Origin: Armatimonadota bacterium
Lineage (GTDB): Bacteria; Armatimonadota; SYMT01
Reading direction: 5' to 3'
Assembly (NCBI GenBank): GCA_046292385.1
Contig: JBKBRF010000033.1
Span: 16,113 to 80,112 of the forward strand
Length of the DNA stretch: 64,000 nucleotides
In this document: in pieces, positions 28,848 to 37,649 of the stretch
How the letters are laid out: the number at the start of each line of letters is the position of its first letter
Numbering within the stretch: the stretch's first letter is position 1
Notes under the pieces: generated by a model
Told to the model about the DNA's origin: nothing
The model's input: the letters and a program-made list of their open reading frames with translations, nothing else
Databases searched by the model: none
Position numbers and translations under genes: made by a program

Positions 28848-29811
28848 TGAAGAGCTGCTCCAGGTATTCGCGGGCCTCGAAGGCCAACTCGACTAGCGGT
28901 AGCCATTCCTCCGGGCCGCTGCACCACCAGGTCCACTCCGATTGGTGCGGCCAATGTCCGAGGGTAAGCCGGTAGGTCGTTCCGTCCTTACCGCCGCCGA
29001 GCTCGGGCACGTAGGCGGGTATCCGGATCTTCTGCAACTCCAGCAACAGGCTCTCGGCCCACGCGCCGTCGAGTGGCACCTCGTCTTGAACCAGAGATGC
29101 GGTCCAGCCCTGCTCCTCCACCGGAAGCCGCACCCGTTCCCGGAACGAAAGCTCGGTGCCGTACGTCCACGACACGTACTGCGCGAAGTAGGCGGTGATC
29201 TCTCCCGGGGAGCGGCGCCCGACAATCCGCCAGCTCGAGGCAGGCTCGAACGGGGGCTTCTCGAATAGCCGCAGGTAGAGGGTGCCGTCGACTTCGGCAG
29301 TCTCCTCCTCAACCTGTAGATTGAGCTCCGCCTCCTGCTTAACGTTCAACTGCGGAGAGATGGCGTCCAGATCCGGAATCTCGATCAGCTCGACGCTCGC
29401 CGCCAGCATCCGCTCCACGACCGCGTCGCGGACAGGGTCTTCGTAGATCGGATAGACCTCTCCCTCTTCGTCGTAGATCAGGTTCCGCGGGGACCCGTCC
29501 GGCGGTTGGAAGCGGATCACCAAAAACCGATCCGCTCGGCCGGTCCAGAGATACTTGTAGGGCGCCAGCTTCTGCTGGAGGACCCAGGCGTCGCCATCGA
29601 GGACGGGCACGCCTGCCGCCAGCATCCGCTCCAAGACCAGCGCACAGAGCCTTGCATCCGGCGGGGTGAGGTAGGTTCCGTCCCGATGGTAGATATCGAG
29701 GTATTCGCTTTCGTCCGGCAGCACCACACGCACGAGCACGTGGTTCTGGCGCTCGGAGGTCCACCAGGGGGCGCAGTCCGTGAGCTCTTCTGGGGGTGGC
29801 AGGTCACTCAT
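28840..29811 (-). CDS. Hypothetical protein with an internal ~60-aa duplication
   Basis: Two units ending VLERMLAAGV and VVERMLAASV; translationally coupled to neighbours. Confidence 0.7.
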   Translation of the reverse strand: MSDLPPPEELTDCAPWWTSERQNHVLVRVVLPDESEYLDIYHRDGTYLTPPDARLCALVLERMLAAGVPVLDGDAWVLQQKLAPYKYLWTGRADRFLVIRFQPPDGSPRNLIYDEEGEVYPIYEDPVRDAVVERMLAASVELIEIPDLDAISPQLNVKQEAELNLQVEEETAEVDGTLYLRLFEKPPFEPASSWRIVGRRSPGEITAYFAQYVSWTYGTELSFRERVRLPVEEQGWTASLVQDEVPLDGAWAESLLLELQKIRIPAYVPELGGGKDGTTYRLTLGHWPHQSEWTWWCSGPEEWLPLVELAFEAREYLEQLFNE

Positions 29812-30742
29812 CGTCTACAGCCGTTTTGAAGCTCAACTCCGCCGCGTCGTTGCTCCGCCGGACGGCGAACCCCGGCAGCTCCATCACCAGGCCGAAGTGG
29901 TATCCACCGCTCCGGTAGCGGAGCAGCCAGAGGGTGCGGGGCGGGCCCGTGTCGATTCGTTCGCCCGCGGCGGCCACGTTCCATTCTACGGGGTGGCGGC
30001 GACGCTCCACGGTGTCGAAGCGGTGGTAGCGGGGGACGTAGGCGGCGGCCCAGAGGTGAGGATCGCCGGCATAGTCGCCGAGCTGCGGGCGGAACCGCTG
30101 GAGCAGCTCGCCGTAGGTCCGCTCCGGCGGGAGCTTCGCGTGGGATTCGACGTACTTCTCCACGGCGCGGCGGAACTGTCCCTGAAGCCAGACCTGGCGG
30201 TGCGCTCCCACTCGTCCCTCCAGGCCGGGATAGGGGCGCTCCGGCAGCAGCAGGATGGCCAGCCCGAGCGGGACTCCGAGCAGGTGCACCGCCACCGAAG
30301 CGCCGAATACGCGCCGGAGCGGGAGGCTGCCGGACTTCGACGGCGCTCTTCGCCAGACCAGTGCCTCGACCGTCGCGGAGAGCAGCCCGAACAGGGTGAA
30401 GAGCAGGACGGCGGATCCGAACGGGTTCGGGTTCAGGCGGCTGCCCAGGATGCCGTCCAGACCATAGACGAAGATGCCCGAGAAGAAGCCGCCCACTCCC
30501 GCCGTAAGCAGGTTCGCCGTGAAGGCGCAGCCGAGGGCGCGGAGGGGCGGCACGCGGAGCCAGCGTCCGAGCAGCAGCGCCTCGAAGAGCAGCGTCGCCG
30601 CCACGTAGGCCAGCCAGGGACCCCAGGCGAAGGTCGCGAGCGCGAGGCCCATCGCGCCGTTCGCCCACGCCGGGGAGGCGGCGAGCAGGAGCGGTGCCGC
30701 GGCGAGAGCGATCCGCCCCAGCGGCGGCGATGGTGGCGACAT
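29804..30742 (-). CDS. Hypothetical multi-pass membrane protein
   Basis: Signal-like N-terminus, about 4 hydrophobic helices, soluble C-terminal domain; start uncertain. Confidence 0.7.
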   Translation of the reverse strand: MSPPSPPLGRIALAAAPLLLAASPAWANGAMGLALATFAWGPWLAYVAATLLFEALLLGRWLRVPPLRALGCAFTANLLTAGVGGFFSGIFVYGLDGILGSRLNPNPFGSAVLLFTLFGLLSATVEALVWRRAPSKSGSLPLRRVFGASVAVHLLGVPLGLAILLLPERPYPGLEGRVGAHRQVWLQGQFRRAVEKYVESHAKLPPERTYGELLQRFRPQLGDYAGDPHLWAAAYVPRYHRFDTVERRRHPVEWNVAAAGERIDTGPPRTLWLLRYRSGGYHFGLVMELPGFAVRRSNDAAELSFKTAVDDE

Positions 30743-30835
30743 GGACGGCCTCTTTCTCCGGCAGGGGTGCATCTTCACAGAAGGAATGCTGCCGGACGGG
30801 GGATTGGGTGGGCGGATCCGATACGATAGAGTGGA

Positions 30836-31459
30836 ATGCCGAAGCTGGAGCTGCTGGTCAATACGGGGTGGGACCTCTTCCTGGGGGTGGTGCCGGTGGC
30901 GCTCGGCTACCTGCTCGCGTGGGGGGTCGGCCGCACGCGTCCGTGGCTACGCCTCCTCTGGCTGCCGGTGGCGGCGGCCTGGCTCTTCTTTCTGCCGAAC
31001 GCGCCGTACCTGCTGACGGAGGTCCGGCACTACCTGAGCGACTACGCCGGCGAGTTTCCGAACTCCGAGCGACAGCGGCAGCGCTTCCTCTTCTGGACCG
31101 GCTTCTACCTGCTCTTCAGCGGCGCCGGCGCCTGGCTCTGGACGCTCTCAGTGAGACCGGTGCTCAAGGGGCTGGGACGCGCCCGGATCCCCGGCGCCCT
31201 CGTCCTGCCGCTGCTCTCGCTCGCCTCGGCGTTCGGGGTCTACCTCGGCCTGCGGCCCCGCTTCAACAGCTGGGACCTGCTGACGCGTCCCGCCGAAGTG
31301 CTGCGGATCGCGCGGAACGTGCTGCTCTACGAGGAGCTGGCGTGCTGGTACATTCTCGCCTTCGGCGCAGCGCTCTGGCTGCTCTACCTGGCGATGGATG
31401 CCTGGGTCGACGGGATCGCGCTGCGGTTCAAGAAGGATCGCAAGACGGAGCGGAAGTAG
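30836..31459 (+). CDS. DUF1361-like membrane protein
   Basis: WLFFLPNAPYLLT and GVYLG..RFNSWD motifs. Confidence 0.85.
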   Translation: MPKLELLVNTGWDLFLGVVPVALGYLLAWGVGRTRPWLRLLWLPVAAAWLFFLPNAPYLLTEVRHYLSDYAGEFPNSERQRQRFLFWTGFYLLFSGAGAWLWTLSVRPVLKGLGRARIPGALVLPLLSLASAFGVYLGLRPRFNSWDLLTRPAEVLRIARNVLLYEELACWYILAFGAALWLLYLAMDAWVDGIALRFKKDRKTERK

Positions 31460-31461
31460 GA

Positions 31462-31613
31462 CGTATTGCGTATTCCGTATTGCGTAGCGGCTCGTTGATC
31501 CCACTGTCCATTACAGCGTGCCGTGCGGAAGGCAGCTCCCGGCGCCCCGCCCGGCACGACGTCTCGTGAAGCGGTCGCGGCGCCTCGCTACGCAATACGG
31601 AATACGCAATACG
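31462..31613. repeat. Nested-palindrome element, copy A
   Basis: Perfect 28-bp terminal IR CGTATTGCGTATTCCGTATTGCGTAGCG; inner IR CGTGCCG..CGGCACG. Confidence 0.9.
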
Positions 31614-31682
31614 GCGCCTCTCTGCGCCATACGCAATACTCGATACGGCCACCCCGACGCAGCGGAACACGCCTACGCTACC

Positions 31683-32840
31683 ATGCGCATCGCCCAGTTT
31701 ACCGAGAGCTACCGGCCTGTCATCAACGGAGCGGCGGTGGCGGTGCGCTTGCTCTCCGAGGAGCTCTCGCGGCGGCACGAGGTGCGCGTCTTCGCGCCGC
31801 GGTATCCCGGGTTCGCCGATGACGAGGCGGTGCTGCGGTTCCCCTCGTACCGGGTGCCGCACCAGCGCGACTACCCCCTGGCGATCCCCTACTCCCGCCG
31901 CCTCCACCGCGCCTTCGCCGGATCGGGGTTCGAGGTGGTGCACACCCACTCGCCCTTCGCGCTGGGGCAGACGGGTCTGCGCTGGGCGCGGCGGCACGGG
32001 GTACCGGTGGTGACGACCTATCACACCATCTACGAAAGCTACGCCCACTACGCGCCGTACTTTCCGAAGGCCTGGGTGGCGTCGTTCCTGAGGCGGCTCT
32101 CCCGGCTCTACTGCGACCGGTGCGACGTGGTGGCGGCGCCGACCGCCCCGATTCGCGACCTGCTGCTGGAGTACGGGGTGCGCACCCCGATCCACGTAGT
32201 GCCGACCGGCCTCCGCTTGCTCCCGCCGGCGCCGCCGGACCCGGCCTTTCCCCGAGGTCGCTACGGCATCCCGCCGGACGCCCCGCTGGCGCTCTATGCC
32301 GGCCGGCTGGCGCGGGAGAAGAACCTGGAGCTGCTCTTCGCGGGGTTTGCCCGGGTCGCGCGGGAGCTCCCCGTCGCCTGGCTCCTGGTCTGCGGCAGCG
32401 GGCCCGTCGAGGCCGAAACGCGGCGCCTGGCGGCGGCGACCGGCGCCGCGGAGCGGATCGTCTTCACCGGGTTCATCCCCCCGGAGCAGATGCCGCCGGT
32501 CTACGCCGCCGCCGACGTCTTCGCCTTCAGCTCCCTCACCGATACGCAGGGGCTGGTGCTGACCGAGGCGAAGGCGGCGGGGCTGCCGGCGGTCGCGGTC
32601 GACGCGTACGGTCCCGGACAGGTGGTGGCGCACGGGGAGGACGGGCTGCTCACCGCTCCCGACGTGGAGGCCTGGAGCGACGCGCTGCTGCACGTGCTGC
32701 GCGACCCGGCCGTGCGGTCACAGATGCGGAAGCGAGCCCTGGAGCGGGCGCGGGACTTCACGATCGAGGCGACCGCCGCCCGCTACGAGGAGCTCTACGC
32801 CGAAGCGAGGGAAAGAGCCGGACGGCGGAAGCGGGACTGA
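31683..32840 (+). CDS. GT4 glycosyltransferase (diacylglycerol glucosyltransferase-like)
   Basis: MRIAQFTESY.P..NG, HTHSPF, TYHT, GRLAREKN, DTQGLVLTEA. Confidence 0.9.
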   Translation: MRIAQFTESYRPVINGAAVAVRLLSEELSRRHEVRVFAPRYPGFADDEAVLRFPSYRVPHQRDYPLAIPYSRRLHRAFAGSGFEVVHTHSPFALGQTGLRWARRHGVPVVTTYHTIYESYAHYAPYFPKAWVASFLRRLSRLYCDRCDVVAAPTAPIRDLLLEYGVRTPIHVVPTGLRLLPPAPPDPAFPRGRYGIPPDAPLALYAGRLAREKNLELLFAGFARVARELPVAWLLVCGSGPVEAETRRLAAATGAAERIVFTGFIPPEQMPPVYAAADVFAFSSLTDTQGLVLTEAKAAGLPAVAVDAYGPGQVVAHGEDGLLTAPDVEAWSDALLHVLRDPAVRSQMRKRALERARDFTIEATAARYEELYAEARERAGRRKRD

Positions 32841-32912
32841 GTGGGAGAGCCGGGGAGTGGAGGAAAACCAGATCCCCCACTCCCCCACTCCCCCCTGCGC
32901 CCGCTCCTGCCG

Positions 32913-33764
32913 CTAGTCCCGGCGGCGGGAGTCGCGCACCAGCTCGATCGCGGTGGCGTTCACCGTCCGGGTGCCGGTGCTGCTGCCGGAGACGCGCACG
33001 TCCTGACCGAGGCGGAGGTCGTTCAGCCCGAACTGCTGCCCGCGGCCGCGGAAGTTGGCGCGGTCCACCTTCACCGTCCACACCTCGCCGTCGAAGTCGA
33101 CGTCGATCTCCCGGTTCCGGCTGTCGAGCCCCACGACCTCACCCACGGCGTTGTTGGTCCAGCCGGCGCGGCCGCCGAAGAGGACCCGCCGCGCGTTGAT
33201 CGCGTTGAGGCCGGCGCGCTCGCCGACGATCCGCACCCGCTCGCCGGTCTTGAAGTCGCGGAGCCGCGACGCGGTGCCGTTCCGGAGGAAGGTGGTATCC
33301 CGGTCGATCGTCACGCGGACGTTCCCGGCGGGAACCGTCACCTGGATGTAGTTGCCCTGGCGGTCGATCTCGCGGATCGTCCCCTCTACCGTGCGGGACT
33401 GCCCCCGGACGGGCCGGTCGCGGTCATCGTCCCGGCCGCCGCTGCGCACGAACTGCACCTGGTTGGCGTGGATCCGCTCGGTGCCCTTCAGGTCGCCGAA
33501 GATGCGGACGGTGTCCCCGCGAGAGATCGTCCGTCCCGCCGGCACCGCCCCGCGCTGCGCGAAGACGCGGAAGGTCATCCCCTCCACCGCAATCACGAAG
33601 GTGTCGCGGTCCACCACCTCCCGGACCCGGCCGTAGGCCTGGACGCGGATGCCTTCTTCGTTCAGGGCGGTCTGGGTATCGCGGGGCAGGATCTGTGCCG
33701 CCGCCATCGTAGCCGCCAGCACGGAGCTGAGCGCGGCCAGTACCACAACGTTGCGCCGTTTCAT
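32913..33764 (-). CDS. Secreted protein with three DUF5666-like OB repeats
   Basis: Signal peptide; repeated G.V..(V/I)D...G..VR(I/V).G...A..(V/I). Confidence 0.75.
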   Translation of the reverse strand: MKRRNVVVLAALSSVLAATMAAAQILPRDTQTALNEEGIRVQAYGRVREVVDRDTFVIAVEGMTFRVFAQRGAVPAGRTISRGDTVRIFGDLKGTERIHANQVQFVRSGGRDDDRDRPVRGQSRTVEGTIREIDRQGNYIQVTVPAGNVRVTIDRDTTFLRNGTASRLRDFKTGERVRIVGERAGLNAINARRVLFGGRAGWTNNAVGEVVGLDSRNREIDVDFDGEVWTVKVDRANFRGRGQQFGLNDLRLGQDVRVSGSSTGTRTVNATAIELVRDSRRRD

Positions 33765-33884
33765 CGTTCTGTTTCTCTTTCTTCAACCCGGCCAGCTGAA
33801 CCCCGTTCCGGGCTCGCGCCGCGCTGACATATAGACCAGGAATCGGTCCTCAGGTTCCCACGATTGCAGAGCAGGCGAGCAGCC

Positions 33885-34661
33885 TCACCGGCAGAGCAGC
33901 GCTCGCGCTACCGCGCGGGTCGCGTCCGCCACCTCGGAGACCGGCACATCCTTCAACGCGGCGATCCGCTCCGCCACCAGCGGCAGGTAGGCCGGCTCGT
34001 TGCGCCGGCCGCGGTGGGGAGTCGGCGCCAGGTAGGGGCAGTCGGTCTCCAGCACCAGCTCCCACAGCGGCGCTTCCACTACCACTTCTGGCAGAGCGCC
34101 CGGTTTCTTGTAGGTCAAGACACCGCCGATCCCCAGCAAGAGCCCCAGCTCCCGCGTCCGGCGGGCTTCTTCCACCGTGCCGCTCCAGCAGTGCATGATG
34201 CCGCGGAGGCCGGCGCGGGCGAACGGCTCGATCAGGTCGAGCGACGGCGTCACCGATTCCCGCGTGTGCACCACGATCGGCAGTCGCAGCTCCGCGGCGA
34301 GAGCGAGCTGTGCCTGCAGCGCCGAGTACTGCGCTTCGCGGGGGGAGAGATCGCGGTAGAAGTCGAGCCCGATCTCCCCGTACGCCACCACCGCGGGGCT
34401 CGCCGCCAGCTCCCGCAGCTCCCGCTCCGCCGCGGCCGACCACGACTCCGCGTCGTGCGGGTGGATCCCGACGGCCGCGAAGAGGCCGCGCTCCGGGTCC
34501 GCCATCCGCACGGCGGCGCGGCTCGACTCGAGGTCGTACCCGATCAGCAGCAACTCCTCGACCCCGGCGGCGCGGGCGCGGGCCAGCGTCTCCGGCAGGT
34601 CCCCGGAGAACTGGACGTGGTTCAGGTGGCAGTGGGTCTCGAAAAAACGCGGCTGGTCCAT
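33885..34661 (-). CDS. tatD: TatD-family hydrolase
   Basis: THCHL, GIHPH, GEIGLDFY, HTRE, HCW, LETDCPYLAP..RNEP. Confidence 0.95.
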   Translation of the reverse strand: MDQPRFFETHCHLNHVQFSGDLPETLARARAAGVEELLLIGYDLESSRAAVRMADPERGLFAAVGIHPHDAESWSAAAERELRELAASPAVVAYGEIGLDFYRDLSPREAQYSALQAQLALAAELRLPIVVHTRESVTPSLDLIEPFARAGLRGIMHCWSGTVEEARRTRELGLLLGIGGVLTYKKPGALPEVVVEAPLWELVLETDCPYLAPTPHRGRRNEPAYLPLVAERIAALKDVPVSEVADATRAVARALLCR

Positions 34662-34866
34662 AGCTGAGAACGCGGAGCCGGGGCCCCCCAATCCGGGCAC
34701 TCCTCTTCGCACTCGTTATCTTACTCCTACTCGGCGGTCTCTCGACTGGAGTGCTGGTGTCGGGACCCGCGGGCGCGGCCTCGGCTCCTCGCTAATGGCC
34801 CCCGGATGATTCTCGAGATATTGTATTTCCAGCCACTCTGCACCATCACCGGAAAGGGGTGACCCA

Positions 34867-35766
34867 ATGCGCCTCCTCATCAGGCTGCTGGCGCTCGCGG
34901 TGTGTCTTGCGGCTGTCGGGCTCGTTCAGGTATGGCTTCCGCGGCGCCGCGCGAGCGAGGCATTGATTCCCGCTCTGATGACGGGGGAGCCAGAGAGGGT
35001 TCAGGAGCTGCTTCGCGCGGGGGCCGACCCGAACTGGCGAGGCCGGACCGGGGAGCCCGCGCTGGTGCTGGCCGTGCACCATTGCCCTTCGTCGCTGTCG
35101 ATGCTTCTGGAAGCGGGAGCCGACCCGAACGCTCGCGCGGTCGACGGTACCCCGGTGCTGGTGCTGGCGGCCCGGCATCAGTCGTGGCTCGGGTACCCCT
35201 TACTGCGCGCGGGCGCGGACCCGAACAGCGCCGGGCCCGATGGCGAGGCGGTGCTCGCCGTCGCGCTGCAGCGAGCGCCGCACCTGGCGTGGTCGCTCGT
35301 AAATTCCGGGGCCGACGTGAACGTGCGCAGCCGCAGAGGGGTTCCCTCGCTCGTTCTGGCACTGCGAGCTCGGGACAGCTCTCTCGCTCTGCGGATGCTG
35401 GAGATGGGCGCTGACCCTCGCGCCGCCAGCCCCGACGGGACAACCCCCCTCATGCTGAGCTGCCGCCTGGGGGATCCCCCGATCTGGAGAACGTGGACGC
35501 GAAGCAATGGACCCTGGCGACCGGCTTCACTCGCTTCGAGGCTGCTAGACGAGAGGGTAGAGATGAACGTCAGCCACACGAGTGGGCTGAACGCCCTGAC
35601 GGAGGCAATCCGATCCGGAAACGTTTCGCTCGTGCGGCGGCTGCTCGCGGCAGGAGTAGAGGTGAACCCGGCCGCCAGGGACAGCGGCGCACTCACGCAC
35701 ATGGCGCCGGAGAGAGCGCGGCCCGAGGTTTCACGGCTGCTCCGGCGGGCGGGGGATCGTCGTTAG
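34867..35766 (+). CDS. Ankyrin-repeat protein with N-terminal membrane anchor
   Basis: Repeated LL.AGADPN...G.(T/P).L. Confidence 0.85.
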   Translation: MRLLIRLLALAVCLAAVGLVQVWLPRRRASEALIPALMTGEPERVQELLRAGADPNWRGRTGEPALVLAVHHCPSSLSMLLEAGADPNARAVDGTPVLVLAARHQSWLGYPLLRAGADPNSAGPDGEAVLAVALQRAPHLAWSLVNSGADVNVRSRRGVPSLVLALRARDSSLALRMLEMGADPRAASPDGTTPLMLSCRLGDPPIWRTWTRSNGPWRPASLASRLLDERVEMNVSHTSGLNALTEAIRSGNVSLVRRLLAAGVEVNPAARDSGALTHMAPERARPEVSRLLRRAGDRR

Positions 35767-35836
35767 TAGCGTGCCGGGGGAGGGTTCAGGCTATCGGCTG
35801 TCGGACATGGGGGCAGTTCCGACCGACCAGAGTCTT

Positions 35837-37486
35837 ATGAAGCTCTTCCGCTCCCTCGGCTCCCTGAAGCTCCTCCGATCCGGCGCTCTCCTGCTAATCC
35901 CGTCCCTCACCGCCGCGGCCGGGGCTGCCGCGGTGCAGCCGCCGCCCGCGCCGGCGGCGCTGCCGGAGGCGCCCGCCAGGGCGGTTTCGCCGGAGGACGC
36001 GGTGGTGCTGATCCGCACCAGTAACTCGCTCCGCTCCACCCGCGGCAGCGGCTTTCTGATCGGCGACGGGAGCTGGGTGGTCACCGCGAGCCACGTGGTG
36101 TCGGTCGATCTCGGCAAGGGACGACGGGTGAGCGACCAGACCGCCCTCGTCTACGTGCCGTGGACCGGTCGCCCCTACGAGGCGCGGGTGATGGCGCTGG
36201 ACGGCCCGGCCGACATCGCGCTGCTGAAGCTGCCGCAGAGCGGCTTTCCGGCGCTCCCGCTGGAAGGGCTGGAGGTGACCGACGCCAACGCCGCGCTCGC
36301 CGCGCTGAAGGACCGCCCGCTGCGCCTCTTCGGCTTTCCGCTCACCTACGGCGAGGCGACGGTCGCCTCCCTCGCCAGGCCGGAGCAAAACGACAGCAAG
36401 ATCCGCGAGATCGCGAAGCGGGGCGACACGAGCCTGAGCGTGCTGCAGTCGTGCCCGGACGCGCAGCCGGGGTGGAGCGGCGGGCCAATCGTCAGCCTCG
36501 ACCGCAACAGCGTGGTGGCGGTCTTCCACTCCCGGTACTACCCGAAGGCGAACGCGGAAGAGAGCTACCCCGCCGGCAGCGTGACGGGACACCTGGCCCA
36601 GGTGCTGCGCTCCGCCGGGATCACCGACTTCGCTCCGTTCGTCCGTCCGCCGGCCTCCACGCTGCCGCGCCCGAAGGCGGCCGGGGAGCTGATGGCGCAG
36701 GAGATGCGCTCTCTCTCCTGGAGCGCCGCGGGGATGTGGGAGAAGGCGGAGGAGGAGCAGCGCAGCATCGTGGCGCGGGAGCCGTCCGACGCCCTCGCCC
36801 GCTGCGAGCTGGGCCGGCTCCTGCTGGTGCAGAAGAAGTACCCGGAGGGCCTGAAAGAGCTGCAGGAAGCGGCCCGGCTGGCGCCGCAGAGCGTGACGGT
36901 GAACCTTTACCTCGGGAAGGCCTACCACCTCAACTTCAAGCCGAAGGAAGCGGCGGCGGCGCTCCAGGCGGCGCTGCGCAGCTCCCCCGACGAGGTGGAG
37001 CCGCAGCTTGCCCTCGCCGATCTCCACGAAGCGAACCAGCAGCCCGCCGAGGCGGAAGCGGTCCTCCGCGCGGCGCGGGAGAAAGCGCCGCTCCACCCGG
37101 GGCTCGTCTTCCGCCTGGGGCAGCTCGTCACTGCCCAGGGGAAGAAGCAAGAGGGCCTGAAGCTGATGGAGGAAGCGGCGGAGCTGGCAAGAGCCGACCC
37201 GGCCATCGTCACGATCCCGCTCCACTACGGCCGCGCGCTGGAGGACAATAAGAAGTACCGCGAGGCGGAGTCGCTCTACCGGGTGCTGCTGAAGAACGAT
37301 CCGGGGAACCCCTCGATCCACTTCGCCCTCACCGTGCTCTACTACCGCACCGGCCGGTTCGAAGACGCCCAGATCCAGCTCAACCAGGGCATCCGCCTGC
37401 CGGGCCTCTCCGAGCCGATGCTGCAGAGCTTCCGGCAGCTCCAGGAGCTGATCAACAACCGCGGCGGAGTGGGTCCGCCGAAGTAG
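35837..37486 (+). CDS. Secreted trypsin-like serine protease with TPR repeats
   Basis: GSGF, TASHVV, DIALL, PGWSGGP triad motifs; C-terminal TPRs. Confidence 0.88.
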   Translation: MKLFRSLGSLKLLRSGALLLIPSLTAAAGAAAVQPPPAPAALPEAPARAVSPEDAVVLIRTSNSLRSTRGSGFLIGDGSWVVTASHVVSVDLGKGRRVSDQTALVYVPWTGRPYEARVMALDGPADIALLKLPQSGFPALPLEGLEVTDANAALAALKDRPLRLFGFPLTYGEATVASLARPEQNDSKIREIAKRGDTSLSVLQSCPDAQPGWSGGPIVSLDRNSVVAVFHSRYYPKANAEESYPAGSVTGHLAQVLRSAGITDFAPFVRPPASTLPRPKAAGELMAQEMRSLSWSAAGMWEKAEEEQRSIVAREPSDALARCELGRLLLVQKKYPEGLKELQEAARLAPQSVTVNLYLGKAYHLNFKPKEAAAALQAALRSSPDEVEPQLALADLHEANQQPAEAEAVLRAAREKAPLHPGLVFRLGQLVTAQGKKQEGLKLMEEAAELARADPAIVTIPLHYGRALEDNKKYREAESLYRVLLKNDPGNPSIHFALTVLYYRTGRFEDAQIQLNQGIRLPGLSEPMLQSFRQLQELINNRGGVGPPK

Positions 37487-37494
37487 AGCGGGTG

Positions 37495-37647
37495 CGTATT
37501 CCGTATCGCGTATTGCGTAGCGGAGGGCTGGGCCCTCGCTGCGGCAAATCCTGCCGGGCGTTTCGCTGTTGAGGAGCGCCTCGCCCGGCACGACGCAAGG
37601 TAAAGCGGCGGCAGCGTTCCGCTACGCAATACGGAATACGAAATACG
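37495..37647. repeat. Nested-palindrome element, copy B
   Basis: (CGTATYS)3-CGTAGCGGA ... TCCGCTACG-CAATACG-GAATACG-AAATACG; inner TGCCGGGCG..CGCCCGGCA. Confidence 0.9.
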
Positions 37648-37649
37648 GC

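Noticed and set aside
31518..31682. N-terminal extensions of the GT4, hydantoinase (37569) and PEGA-FHA (43517) ORFs containing YAIRNT-like peptides
   Set aside because: These are translations of the repeat element; the real starts are downstream
32840..32895. GGGAGTGG/CCCACTCC short repeats here and at ~52797-52883
   Set aside because: Probably another degenerate octamer hairpin family, but too short and degenerate to delimit with confidence
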